From Eledone cirrhosa (lineage: Eukaryota): a DNA stretch of 64,000 nt. The position numbers and the translations under genes are program-made. The notes under the pieces are model-generated. The model was not told the DNA's origin, did no database searches, and worked only from the letters and a program-made list of their open reading frames with translations. Where the stretch lies: positions 114,452,001-114,516,000 of the forward strand of contig OZ024741.1 in NCBI GenBank assembly GCA_964016885.1, read 5' to 3'. Position 1 is the first letter of the stretch, and each line of letters begins with the position of its first letter. Shown piece by piece: positions 42,023-50,807 of this stretch.

Positions 42023-45000
42023 TATGCACTTTGGTATTAGTAAGTGTGGAGTCATTGTGATGAGGAGGAGTAAGTTGAGCAGAAGTAACGGAATCCAGAT
42101 ACCAACAGGTGAGATGATAAAGGAAATTGACTCTGAAGAAGGATACAAGTATTTGGGCGTTCTGGAGGCTGATGACATCAAGAACAAAAAAATGAAGGAA
42201 TTGATAAGAACTGAATACCTTCAGAGAGTAAGGAGCGTATTAAAGTCACATCTGAACAGTAGGAATGCCATAAGTGCAGTAAATTCCCGAGCTGTGTCTA
42301 TTATTAGGTACAGTGCGGGAATTCTGAGATGGAATGTTGCTGAACAAAAAGAAATGGATAGGAAGACTAGGAAGCTATTGACTATCTACAATATGTTCCA
42401 CAAGAGGAGTGATGTCGATAGACTCTACTTAAAGAGATCTGAGGGTGGAAGAGTGTATCCTACAGGTCTTATCAGCATAAAGGACTGTGTTCAGATGGAG
42501 AAAAACAACCTACACAAATACGTGACTGATAGTAAGGAGCCAATGCTCAGAACTGTACTGAAGGAGGGGACAATAGGCCAGGGGATGTCCAAGGAGGAAA
42601 TAACATCAAGGAGAAAGAGCAGCCTTCAGGAAAAATCCCTTCATAGTACCTTCTTTGAGAAAACTGAATTTAGAGATCCACAGACATGGAACTGGTTGAA
42701 AAGAGGAGACCTTAAAAAGGCTACAGAAGGAGTGTTAATGGCTGCGCAGGAGCAGGCCCTCAAAACGAAGTGGTTGAAACACCACATTTACAAGGAGGAG
42801 GCTAGCCCACTGTGCAGGATCTGTGGAGAGAGAGAGGAGACTGTGGCTCACATTGTATCCGAGTGTAAACACCTAGCCCAGACTCACTATAAGGGCTGGA
42901 GACATGATGTGATGGGCAGGGTGATCCACTGGCACCTATGCAAAGTAAACAATTTACCACATTCTGAGAAGTGGTATGAGCATAAACCAGAGGCGGTGAT
43001 AGAAAACGATCAGGTGAAGGTGCTGTGGGATTTTAGGATACAGACGGACAAGAAACTGGAACACAATAGACCTGACCTGGTGGTTTGGACAAAGAAAAAA
43101 GATTGTGCCTGATTGTAGATATAGCCTGCCCATTCGACACGAGAGTACAAGAGAAGGAGAGGGAGAAAATTAACCGATACCAGGACTTAAAATGGGAGGT
43201 AAAAAGGATTTGGAACTGCCATGAAGTCAAAGTGATCCCGATTGTCATAGGCGCACTAGGGACTATCTCAAAAAGTTTCCAGGGATGGTTAAAGAAAATT
43301 GGCCCCTTCACGCTTTTTGGAACGCTTCAAAAGGCATGCTTGCTTGGAACAGCAAGAACCCTCCGATACGTCCTGAATATCTGAGGCTGCAGGTAGTGGC
43401 TTGATATTCATTTCAACAAACTTTCCAGTTAACTAACATTAATGACTGAGACTCAAAGAGTAATAACAATAATAATAATAATAATGATAATTGTTTCTAC
43501 TTTAGGCACAAGGCCAGCATAACCCAGTACATTACTGGTACTTTATTTTATCGACCCCGTAAGGATGAAAGGCAAAGTTAACCTTAATAATGATAATGGT
43601 TTCTTTATTGGCCACAAGGGCTAACATGAAGAAAAACATTACAGACGGCACAGAATGGTACAGGACAATACAAAGTCTATCCTGTAACTTATTTTATCAA
43701 TCTCTGATGGTTGAACAACTAAGTACCAGATTTTTAAAAAGTACTGTTGTCAATATGATCGACTATATCTCTTCAATGCAGTGTCCAAGCAAGATCACAA
43801 TCTAATGACTGAAACCAGTAAAAGAATATAATATTAGATGAAAAAAATCAAAGAACTTACTTATTTGGTAACTGATAAGAAGATCAGTATTTTCTTCTGG
43901 GTCATAAAAGCTGTCATTTTGCCATACAATGTTGATAATGTCATTGTTCAAGCTTATATTTAAGCCTCCATTATAAACTGGAGGAGACTGGTCATAAACT
44001 ATGGGCCCAAGAACTGTTGTTTCACTATTCATAGCTTTGTTCACTGATTGAATGAAAATATAAAATCTGTCTCCTGGCTTAACACCCAGTCTATGCTTCT
44101 GAAATCGAGTCTTTTGGATAGTTGACGTGTATCCTACAATGTCAGGATGCTGTTTTAACTGAAGACTGCTACTTATGCCAACAAAAAAGTCAAGAATCTC
44201 GCTCTCATCTTCTGTATATTTCCAAGACAAGTGAACATTGTCAGAAGGAATACCAATTAGATTATTCTGTGATGGAGGAGTAAAATTGGTTGAACAAATG
44301 TTTGTTTTTAACATAGTGTCTCTAATCCTCTCCTTCAATATTGGTAGAATTGAATTGGAAGCAAAATTGGTACAGTTTTGGAAGCAAGATTCAGATGTGG
44401 TTAAACGCTTTTTGGTTAAATCAAAATTTATTCTCCACATTTTTCCATTATAACAAGCAATAGTTTCTTGTGTTTTAGCTCCAGCCAGTATAACATCCTT
44501 CAATTTAGGTGGGGTTTTATCATACTCCACTCCGTCTGAACATGCTGCATTAGATGGTTCCATAGCATAGTTGTAAGCAATAACTGTTGAAAAGTACTTT
44601 CCAGTTTTTCTAAGTGAAAACTGAGCAGAGGTTCTTGTTGTGTTTATAATGGTATTTGAGATATTACACAAAGAACATCGACTGGTCAGTTCTGATATGG
44701 TCAAACATCGTGAGGCAACCCCAACAACATAATAATATATATCAGATTCATGATCAACAAATCCTTCCCAGTTCACAGTTAGATTTTCACTTCCTGTGAA
44801 ATCTAAATCAGGGAATGCTTCTCTCCCTTCTTTAACAGAACCTGTGCTAGGTGAAGATTCATCCAAAACTATGTCCAGGTGTTCCTCATTGAAAAGTCCA
44901 GCCATATTTTCAACTCGGATGGCAGCAAAATAGCGTCGATTATGTTGACCTTTGTGAGTTTTTTTAGCTATAAGGGCATTGAGAGTTAGTGTAAAGTTCT

Positions 45001-46152
45001 TCATTTGACAAGGTCCATAGGATGGACAGTAACATGGGATTCCAGGGGGACATGAAACCTAGAAACAGAAAGTTTAAAAGGCAAGACTTCATAATAAAAC
45101 AGCATTTTAGAAAGTTATAGCAATGCAAATGAAATATTAAACATTATATAACAATAAAAAAACATTACATATTAAAAATAGCAATAATATCAAAGGTGTT
45201 GAAATGTGACCTTGGAAATATTTAATTGGTCATTTATATTTTGGGAAATATCCCCTTGTCAAATGATTTAAGGAACTAAGGCAAAATTTAAACAAATAAG
45301 ATTTCATAAAAAAAAAACGTAATACACATTAATCATTGTGTCAATAGTGACTTATGTTCGATAGAGAGCAAAAAAGAACTAAAGAAAAATAAATTTTATT
45401 TGAGAGTAATGAATCTAAATTTGGAGTGTCGGATGCCAATGTTTATTTTAAAATCATTAAAGAAAAATGAAAAAAATAATTATTTGAAAATCTTACAGAG
45501 TTGCCAAGTTTAACCACTGGAAGTGAGCCCATGCCAATATCATTGGAACCATCTTTTGTTCCCAAAATCCACTGGATCTTTTTCAAACCACTGTGACGAT
45601 CAAAAGCATCAAGACTGACAATCATAGATGATAAATCAGAAGAATTATGCATATACAACTGCTGATGCTGGTCTTTGGTCAATGAAAACTCTTCAGTAGA
45701 AGGAGCACTTCGATCAGTAAATATAGTTATATTTTTAGATAATGTGTGGTTCATGATATCTATTGCAGTCACCCATATGCTCAGAGAATCTCCATCCTGC
45801 ACAATATTTTGGAAACACTGTGTTTGGTTATTCTTTGAAGAAACCAAGTTTTCTCTAGAAATATTTCCATCATTCACTTGGAATTGATAAGTGAATTGAA
45901 TTATTCCTTGTATGTTTTTGGTGCCATTGATGTTGAGAAGCCCAGAAGTATGTTCATACTCTTCTGAAATAATATAAATAAAACATTTAGAATGACAATG
46001 GCAGGTAGTAGATGGTTAAACCTATTACTTTGACTGTCCAGCCTAGGGTAGAAACTACTCTCTTTTCTCTTTTATTTTTTTTGTTAAGTACTATCCAGCC
46101 CATGCTAGCATGATTGACATAAAAATACACATGAATGCACATAGGGATATAT

Positions 46153-46218
<66 letters not shown>

Positions 46219-49200
46219 CCACTAACCCTTACCTGCTTTCACAATAAATATAATTCTTCCCTTTCCACCATTATTTTATCTAGATAGGTCAGGATAGATA
46301 CACTTGACTGCACATATAGATGAACACATACATAGGAACAATCACTAAGCTAGATATTTATACACACCACCACCCACAGCCACTCCCTCAACAAACCAGA
46401 TACTTTTGTAAAGATTCTTTACAATTGGATAAATAATGTATAAATCCTTATTTGGATTAATTGATACCTCCTGATGAAACAGTTCTTTCACCATCAACAC
46501 ATCAGCAATTCAGCCTGGAATTAGCTGCTGAAATGGCAAGAGCTCAGTCATTGGGGTTCTAACTCTTTCATATATATATATAATGAAAGAGTGAAGAATA
46601 ACACGGATCGGCTATACAGTAGGGTATACTCCAAGTATTAACAAATGTTTCATTAGTCTGGTGTGTCTAAAAACCACTATCCACAGTGTGCCGTGGCACT
46701 CAATTTTAATTACAGTTTACACCAATCCAATTCTTAAAATATTAATTAAATATATATATATATTAGACCAATAGGAAGGGAGAACTTTGCTTGTAGAAGA
46801 TGCACAGGAGAAATTGAGATGAAGACTGCTAATGATATAAACCTTTTCCAGTTACAGGAAAGATCCATAAATGTGGTTGATAGCTTCTGCTATCTAGATG
46901 ATCTAATAAGCAGCAGAGGAGGCTGCACCGAGAGTATAATATCTAGAATAAGAATAGGATGGAAGAAGTTTAGAAAACTGTTCCCACTGCTGACAACAAA
47001 TGTTTCTCACTATGTACAAAAGGAAGGCTATATGATGTCTGTGAGCGGTGTGCGATGCTGCATGGTAGTGAAACATGGGCATGCATAGACTGTTGGATGT
47101 GCAATGTAAATGTGAGAAAAAGGCAGATTGGATGAGCTGAGAAAGAAGCTGGATTTAAGGGGAATCCAAGATGGGTGAAGAAATGTCAGGAAATCCCAGT
47201 GGAAAAAGTCGCAAAAAAGAGGACAACCAAGAAAGACCTGGGCAGAGGTTGTGAGAGTGGACTTCAAATCGCTAAGAGTGGCAGAGGAGAGATGCCGTGT
47301 TGAGAAGGACCTGTCTAACCCATGCAAGCATGGAAAAACGGATGTAAAAATGATGATGATGATGATGATATATATATATATCATCATCATCATTTTACGT
47401 CCGCTTTTCCCCGCTCATATATGTATGAAATTTTGCTTTTAGCTTGATTAACAAGTCTGATAAGCAGATCGATGTTGGAGTCAGGTCTATAACACAAATA
47501 TGGACCTTGAGCTAATCATCTGTGAAACTTACATAACTAGTTGATAACCAATAAAATCATTCATGCAAAACTTTATCCTGTTATACTTTACATATGTATA
47601 TATATGTGCGAAAAGTAAATGAACAAACAAGACATGGAAATGAATATGTATATTATATTTACTAACTATTTAATGATGGGTACTCCGACAGTTTCAATAA
47701 TGATAATTCAGTCATTTACTCAATTGAGCATCTGAAATGTGAATTAACATGTAATTGGATGAGTAATCCCTAAGCATATGAATGCCATAATATTCTTGTT
47801 TGAATGAATGGTGCTAAGCTGAAGCCATTCAATGTTGGAGTCAGACCAAGGATGGGTATTGTCACCTCTCCTGTTTACTTGTGCAAAGGAATAGCCTGTG
47901 GAGGTTATGAACCTCTGATTTATGACTCACAACTTCATATTTAACTTAAAACAGTTTATTGTCTCCTTGAGCTAACATATCCATCTCTTCACTGCATGCA
48001 AACTTCTAATTTTATTTTTAATTAAAATTTCAGAGTTATCTCCTCTTTCTATTGACCAGATTTAACAAATATTTAACCATTGAACCCCTTTCATTGTAAC
48101 AGTAATTTGAAAATTTGTTTGTATACTAGATTAAATATTTTAACATAACTGTATGTATGTGGTTTAGAATAGGTACCCCATATCATCACATTAAAAGGGT
48201 TGCAGCCTGGAGGGGCATCCAGTTGTAAAACATTACTGTAAAAAAGACTGCATGTCATGGGGCCTGCAAGGTTAACTCTTTCTTTAGCTGTGAAAATGAC
48301 CTTAAAACGTCTGTCATTGTTGTCCTTATATTAAGTTTGATAGAATTCCCTCAACTATTAATGTTTCATGCAGATGGCAACCATAGGTAATTTACCTCTC
48401 CCCGTCCACTTTTTATTATTAAAAGTTAAGTACCTGGTATAGTATTATCTCTCTTTATTGGTTTCAAATGTGTTTCAAGGAAAGTGTTCCTGAAAAGGTT
48501 GTACCATGTGATGCAGATATTTTCTTGATCTGAATACCAAGGGATATCACTTCGACCTGTCTTTGAAATAACTTTAGGTAGAGGAATATTTCTAGCTTCA
48601 ATTAAAGAGCTGTTGTCATAGAGGAAGAATCTACGGGCATATTGAGCATTGCCAGCAAAGTCTTTGACTGTAAGATATAATGCGTGAAGACCAGATCCAG
48701 CTCCATCTGGCAGGATAAACTCTAATGCCGTTTCATTAAAACTCTTGTGTTTGTAAAGTGTTTTAGTTTGATCTACTTGGAGTTGATCTCCTGCTAATGT
48801 CATCGGATGAACTACGACTTCATAAGATTCCACACCATTGTTCTTAGTTCTGTTGTTGTAGATGTCACCATCAAACCATCCATCAAATATGATTGTTATA
48901 TTTGCAGAACTGGAAAGAGTTGAGATCACTTTGATTGGCTCAAAACCACACTTTGATGTCTCACTGCAATGTTGAGGAGCTTCTATATCATATTGAAAAC
49001 ATCTAGTTTCTGTTGATGCTGTTGGCCTATAATATTGACGAGTTACTGGTAGTGTGGTTTGAGATTTAACTGTCAAATAGCCACCACCATTAGAGGAAAA
49101 ACTAGTACACAGTCTGTAAAAAAAAAATGATTAGAAAATTACAATGGATGAGTTATTAAATGCAATGCTCATCGTACCTCATCCTTATTTATTTCAACAC

Positions 49201-50760
49201 CCACCCTCCTTCTCTCCTCCTCCTCTCAACCATCATCATTTTCCCACCAGACCCTATGGTAAATGACACTTGCCCAAGATGTCATGCAATGGGATTGAGC
49301 CTGGAACCTTATGTTTATCAAGTGAACTTCTTAATTATTTGGCTAGGATGCCATTTTGTTTAGAGGAAATCATCCAGCAGCTATTACCATATGTTGTGCA
49401 GTGGTTGAATAAGCCTGCTGTCACCTCACCAGTGAGATTTAACATCATGAAATCCTATCTCAACACTTCTTTCTATATCTTTCTCTACTTTAGACACCGC
49501 ATTCTGGCAGTATACCTTACAATTCCACCATATTACTCACATCTGTTTGTCCATTCATCCATTCACATACTTCTAATATCCAGCTTCTTTTTTACCTCAT
49601 ATCTATTCCACCTTTCATACAAAATTAACAACAAGCTTTTAACTCTTTACATTTACATTACTCTATATATACTATTGTATTTTTTGTGGTAAAGGCTTTA
49701 CCTTACATAATTATCTCACATAATATCGAATCTATGAGATTTTAATATTATTTATTTTGAGATCAATACCTTAACATCAGTGTGAGTGGCTTGTTATAGC
49801 AGGTTTGAACAGAAAGAGGCAAGAGAATTTTTGCCGGATATGACTGGTTTAAATGCTAAAAGGTTAAGGTAATTTTCCCTGCTAAAGCAAAGGTTAACCT
49901 GGATTCTATAACAAGCTTCTCCATTTTACCCTATCATCTGCATTCATCCACATCAAGCCCCTGACATTAATTTTCTCCTCATTAACCATGTCTTTCTTGG
50001 TATTCTTCCTCTCCTTCCTTTCATATTCATTTCCATCACCCAGTCACAAGATTTATCAGTAGCTCTGTTTCTCTTTCCCAGTCACATACATCTTTCCCTC
50101 AACACATGACTCAACAATCTCATTCTATTTCTTTTCACAACATTCATCACTGGTTCTATTAACATCATCTTTTGCAATCAATTGTTTGCCTTCTTATTTC
50201 TCAGTGATACACTGCTCATCCACCTAACCATTCTTATTTCCATTCTTTCCAGCTTTCTGTATTACTTCATGATCATTTTCCATGTCTCATTCCCATAAAT
50301 CATGGCACTTCCCACACATGCAGTGTACACTTTTCCCTTCAGTTTCTTGAAAGTTAACATTACAAACCTATTTGATCTAATGAGGGCGTCTCTAAGTGGT
50401 TGCTTGACGTGAGCTAAATCTCTTTGCACCCAACCTAAAATCTTGAAACAGAAAAAGGACATATTGGATAATATAATCCTAGATAAATAAGATGGGTTGC
50501 AACGTTTTTGATCATGCGTTCACTCAATCAGGATTGAACTTAGGGTTAAACAACAGCAACAATAGATCATATTTGTCTGGTGTGTCTCTAGAATGACAAC
50601 AATTATTTCTCTCACCTGTCTCCATGTTTCATTGTAAAGTTCTTAAGCTGTAAGTCTCTAGAACAATGAACTTTTGACTTGGAAGGAAATATCTGATTGA
50701 AGTTTCCATTGCAATTTCCTTCTTCAGGTAGCTTCACCATTCCAATAGAAAACGTACTGC
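3446..50760 (-). CDS. Multi-exon gene (17 exons here, 5' end not found in the window) for an uncharacterised >3000-aa protein of tandem FN3/Ig-like modules
   Basis: Exons 50616-50760, 48434-49113, 45497-45963, 43861-45058, 38204-39594, 32259-32937, 25490-25606, 23908-24221, 21934-22041, 20840-20996, 20295-20478, 17197-17701, 16325-16548, 10942-11819, 6365-7624, 4641-5150, 3446-3717. All introns are GT-AG with matching phases. The sum is 9089 nt = 2 + 3029 codons including TGA. Recurrent motifs D-x-S/T-P-P-x-x-G-x-V, W-x-G-F-x-D-x-E/H-S-G-I and G-T-x-P-G-x-x-D. Confidence 0.9.
4641..5150 (-). CDS. Penultimate exon of giant FN3-like repeat protein
   Basis: aatttag| acceptor, CAG|gtaaat donor. 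GTDEDY...SNRVVVDSTWPELT. Confidence 0.85.
6148..6350 (+). mobile_element. tRNA-derived SINE (same family)
   Basis: aactttgcctttcatc...aataaaataaagtacc...ccttgtgcctaaaatagaaaccatt. Confidence 0.7.
6365..7624 (-). CDS. Exon of giant FN3-like repeat protein
   Basis: ttaacag| acceptor, TAG|gtaagt donor. 428-aa ORF with WHGFEDAHS and DKESGI motifs. Confidence 0.92.
7914..8927 (+). mobile_element. 5'-truncated, decayed RTE-clade LINE (same family as 13576-15797)
   Basis: ORFs 7762..8346 and 8350..8679 match the C-terminus of the 647-aa RTE ORF (WKKFRELLPLL, LHGSETW, LRWFGHV). Shared 3' UTR and (GAT)n tail. Confidence 0.88.
10356..10927. mobile_element. Decayed TTAA-flanked MITE with triplicated right end
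   Basis: Starts TTAACCCTTTC; three ~79-bp units end in atcaa..gg(t/a)ttaa at about 10770, 10848 and 10927. Confidence 0.4.
10942..11819 (-). CDS. Exon of giant FN3-like repeat protein (includes Cys-rich CSVQYCNNDCTCA segment)
   Basis: ttcttag| acceptor, |gtgagt donor; ORF 10934..11797. Confidence 0.9.
12110..12700 (-). mobile_element. Three tandem SINE copies separated by (TAA)n
   Basis: Repeated gtaaggatgaaaggcaaag..aacct.ggcaggatttgaac core at about 12190, 12390 and 12610. Confidence 0.75.
13576..15797 (+). mobile_element. 5'-truncated RTE-clade LINE: RT domain, PHD-like Zn finger, 3' UTR, (GAT)n tail
   Basis: ORF 13547..15490: QFGFVPGRGTTDA, FVDLEKAFDRV, GVHQGSVLSPLLF, LYADD, LHGSETW, GRPKKTW. 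No endonuclease domain present. Confidence 0.93.
16325..16548 (-). CDS. Exon of giant FN3-like repeat protein
   Basis: ttttcag| acceptor, TAG|gtgaga donor. DGSLYNITMAACNAAGLC...WYNFEDGDSGINR. Confidence 0.9.
17197..17701 (-). CDS. Exon of giant FN3-like repeat protein
   Basis: cttcag| acceptor, CAG|gtaaaa donor. WTGFYDPHSSM...DKTSP. Confidence 0.9.
18836..19185 (+). mobile_element. SINE with shared tRNA head but alternative 3' tail
   Basis: Head with GAGTTCAAATCC; tail ctggaagaaatc...ggagagg...gcccaagaaa...cccctacgactct is shared with 24295-24590 (-). Confidence 0.6.
20295..20478 (-). CDS. Exon of giant FN3-like repeat protein
   Basis: atttcag| acceptor, |gtaagt donor. YYVTVEACNKAFLC...SNGVIMDNSPPLTG. 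Confidence 0.9.
20540..20825. repeat. Compound (CAT)n/(CCA)n microsatellite filling a short intron
   Basis: Direct reading; lies between exons 20295-20478 and 20840-20996. Confidence 0.9.
20840..20996 (-). CDS. Small exon of giant FN3-like repeat protein
   Basis: cttctag| acceptor, CTG|gtatgt donor. GDIEYQRDISKLEAQWFGFTDPHTGILFYRAGVGTAP. Confidence 0.9.
21345..21830. repeat. 10-bp minisatellite (acctagtcaa / cctcagtcaa / actcagtcaa), about 40 units
   Basis: Exact 10-nt register over 21351-21740, decaying to ccagtcaa-like units to about 21830. Confidence 0.95.
21934..22041 (-). CDS. Small exon of giant FN3-like repeat protein
   Basis: ttgttag| acceptor, AAG|gtgaat donor. VTNGAGLESTTVTEAFITDVSPPIEGIVMEVSTTEK. 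Confidence 0.88.
23580..23870. repeat. Degenerate tandem repeat (ttgatccatt...atgttacat.gagaaaa)
   Basis: Recurrent ttgatcca/ttgattca motif roughly every 25-35 bp. Confidence 0.5.
23908..24221 (-). CDS. Exon of giant FN3-like repeat protein
   Basis: tttctag| acceptor, AAA|gtaagt donor. AYDMSGL...DTSPPLNG...WTGITDKESGI. Confidence 0.9.
24295..24590 (-). mobile_element. SINE with shared tRNA head but alternative 3' tail (second copy)
   Basis: Homologous to 18836-19185; B-box reverse complement ggatttgaactc at about 24502. Confidence 0.6.
24707..24758 (+). ncRNA. Minimal type I hammerhead motif
   Basis: TGTA-CTGATGA-(weak stem II)-GAAA-TATTGATATC-TACA: stem I TGTA/TACA, stem III ATAT/ATAT, AUC site. 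Confidence 0.55.
25490..25606 (-). CDS. Small exon of giant FN3-like repeat protein (absent from ORF track)
   Basis: ttttag| acceptor, ACAG|gtagtt donor. GSYPGTQDIVAPVDVG...QQIFVTVT; phase 1/1. Confidence 0.88.
25951..26455. mobile_element. Penelope-type remnant with two inverted hammerhead-bearing repeats
   Basis: 25951-26052 (-) and 26361-26455 (+) are homologous: CTG(A/G)TGA...(G/C)AAAC(C/T)ATGGTA...gaggctatta. Direct repeats at about 25775-25850 and 26255-26330. Confidence 0.55.
26698..26755 (+). ncRNA. Minimal type I hammerhead ribozyme with palindromic stem III
   Basis: ATAC-CTGATGA-stem II ACCGG/CCGGT-GAAA-TGATCAT-A-GTAT. A homologous copy lacking stem III is at about 9205-9305. Confidence 0.7.
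27026..30754 (+). mobile_element. Penelope-like element (RT + GIY-YIG), frameshifted, inverted 5' pLTR, inserted in (TA)n
   Basis: ORF pieces 27666..28574, 28459..28836, 28766..29371 and 29389..30165 carry TDKSGR, LYGLRKDHK, SMDVVSLYPSI, RYVDD, LPVLD and NVVYSIRC...YIGDTARN..ER..QH. 27026-27397 is the reverse complement of about 30337-30710. Confidence 0.92.
30465..30512 (+). ncRNA. Hammerhead-like motif in Penelope pLTR (mirror copy at about 27225-27272, minus)
   Basis: CTGACGA-T-GTTGCA(GATG)TGCAAC-GAAA. Stems I and III are weak. Confidence 0.55.
30808..30995 (+). mobile_element. tRNA-derived SINE, well-preserved copy
   Basis: A-box-like tggcaatatcggta, B-box gagttcaaatcc, tail ggccttgtgccaaaagtagaaacaattatt. 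Similar copies (-) at about 22260, 23047, 32980, 33697, 37627 and 43490. Confidence 0.8.
31735..31945 (+). mobile_element. Old RTE LINE fragment
   Basis: Decayed match to the LLPLLAAKG...GRLYDAC...ETW...LERN region (aaaaggtagattgtatgatgc). Confidence 0.55.
32058..32237. mobile_element. piggyBac-type MITE
   Basis: 13-bp TIR CCCTTTAGCATTT/AAATGCTAAAGGG with TTAA on both sides. One-ended copies at about 22066-22250 and 49690-49867. Confidence 0.8.
32259..32937 (-). CDS. Exon of giant FN3-like repeat protein
   Basis: tctttcag| acceptor, CAG|gtaagt donor. DGFLVDGNPPLAGKV...WDGFND. Confidence 0.9.
33880..37620 (-). mobile_element. Tx1/L1-clade LINE, 5'-truncated, with internal duplication (junction about 36223)
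   Basis: RT motifs NLDQSKTFDRV, SVRQGCPL and AYADD; AYADD and the CPRC..E...HALVQC zf-RVT region each occur twice; 3' end abuts (TTA)n. Confidence 0.9.
38030..38182 (+). mobile_element. 3' part of a further SINE family (...aaggtggtgccccagcatggcc...tgaaaccagtaaaaga)
   Basis: Homologous pieces at about 2005-2135, 17090-17180 and 43700-43825. Confidence 0.55.
38204..39594 (-). CDS. Exon of giant FN3-like repeat protein
   Basis: ttcacag| acceptor, AAG|gtaagt donor; 461-aa ORF 38186..39571. Confidence 0.9.
39954..40955 (-). mobile_element. Older 5'-truncated Tx1/L1-clade LINE
   Basis: ORFs 40423..40857 and 40205..40426 are homologous to the Tx1 C-terminus; (TAA)n at its 5' side and an (AAC/AAT)n run at its 3' side. 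Confidence 0.85.
41001..41965 (+). mobile_element. 5'-truncated R4/Dong-type RLE LINE (family B)
   Basis: AAQEQAL, CRIC..HIVSEC, RHD, RPDLVV, PIVIGALG; (TAA)n on both sides. Confidence 0.88.
42021..43461 (+). mobile_element. 5'-truncated R4/Dong-type RLE LINE (family B), tandem copy
   Basis: FGISKC, YKYLGV, RLYLKRSEGGR, CCHC and RPD motifs; one frameshift near 43090; (TAA)n on both sides. Confidence 0.9.
43861..45058 (-). CDS. Exon of giant FN3-like repeat protein
   Basis: tttctag| acceptor, |gtaagt donor. VSCPPGIPCYCPSYGPC...WEGFVDHESDI; matches ORF 43802..45004. Confidence 0.9.
45497..45963 (-). CDS. Exon of giant FN3-like repeat protein
   Basis: atttcag| acceptor, TCT|gtaaga donor. EYEHTSGLLNINGTKNIQGII...DRHSGLKKIQWILGTKDG. 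Confidence 0.88.
46466..46557 (+). ncRNA. Type I hammerhead motif in a (TA)n-flanked element (46213-46570)
   Basis: Stem I ACCTC/GGGGT, CTGATGA, branched stem II, GAAA, stem III ATGGC/GTCAT, AUU site. Confidence 0.55.
46780..47370 (+). mobile_element. Decayed RTE LINE 3' fragment
   Basis: VDSFCYLDDLISSRGGCTESIISRIRIGWKKFRKLFPLL; (GAT)n tail. Confidence 0.75.
48434..49113 (-). CDS. Exon of giant FN3-like repeat protein
   Basis: ttttacag| acceptor, CCAG|gtactt donor. LCTSFSSNGGGYLTVKSQ...DNTIP; matches ORF 48426..49076. Confidence 0.88.
49930..50380 (-). mobile_element. Decayed RTE LINE 3' fragment (different family)
   Basis: KLKGKVYTACVGSAMIYGNETW in ORF 50262..50462. Confidence 0.6.
50616..50760 (-). 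CDS. Exon (first seen in window) of giant FN3-like repeat protein
   Basis: tatatag|GC acceptor and ACAG|gtgag donor. Reads STFSIGMVKLPEEGNCNGNF...FTMKHGDR; phase-2 end matches the next exon. Confidence 0.75.
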
Positions 50761-50761
50761 C

Positions 50762-50807
<46 letters not shown>

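Noticed and set aside
47670-47720. Minus-strand GAAAC...GTA half-motif (similar at about 26920-26940 and 46630-46655)
   Set aside because: Only the 3' half of a hammerhead is visible; probably truncated pLTR pieces, so not called as ribozymes.
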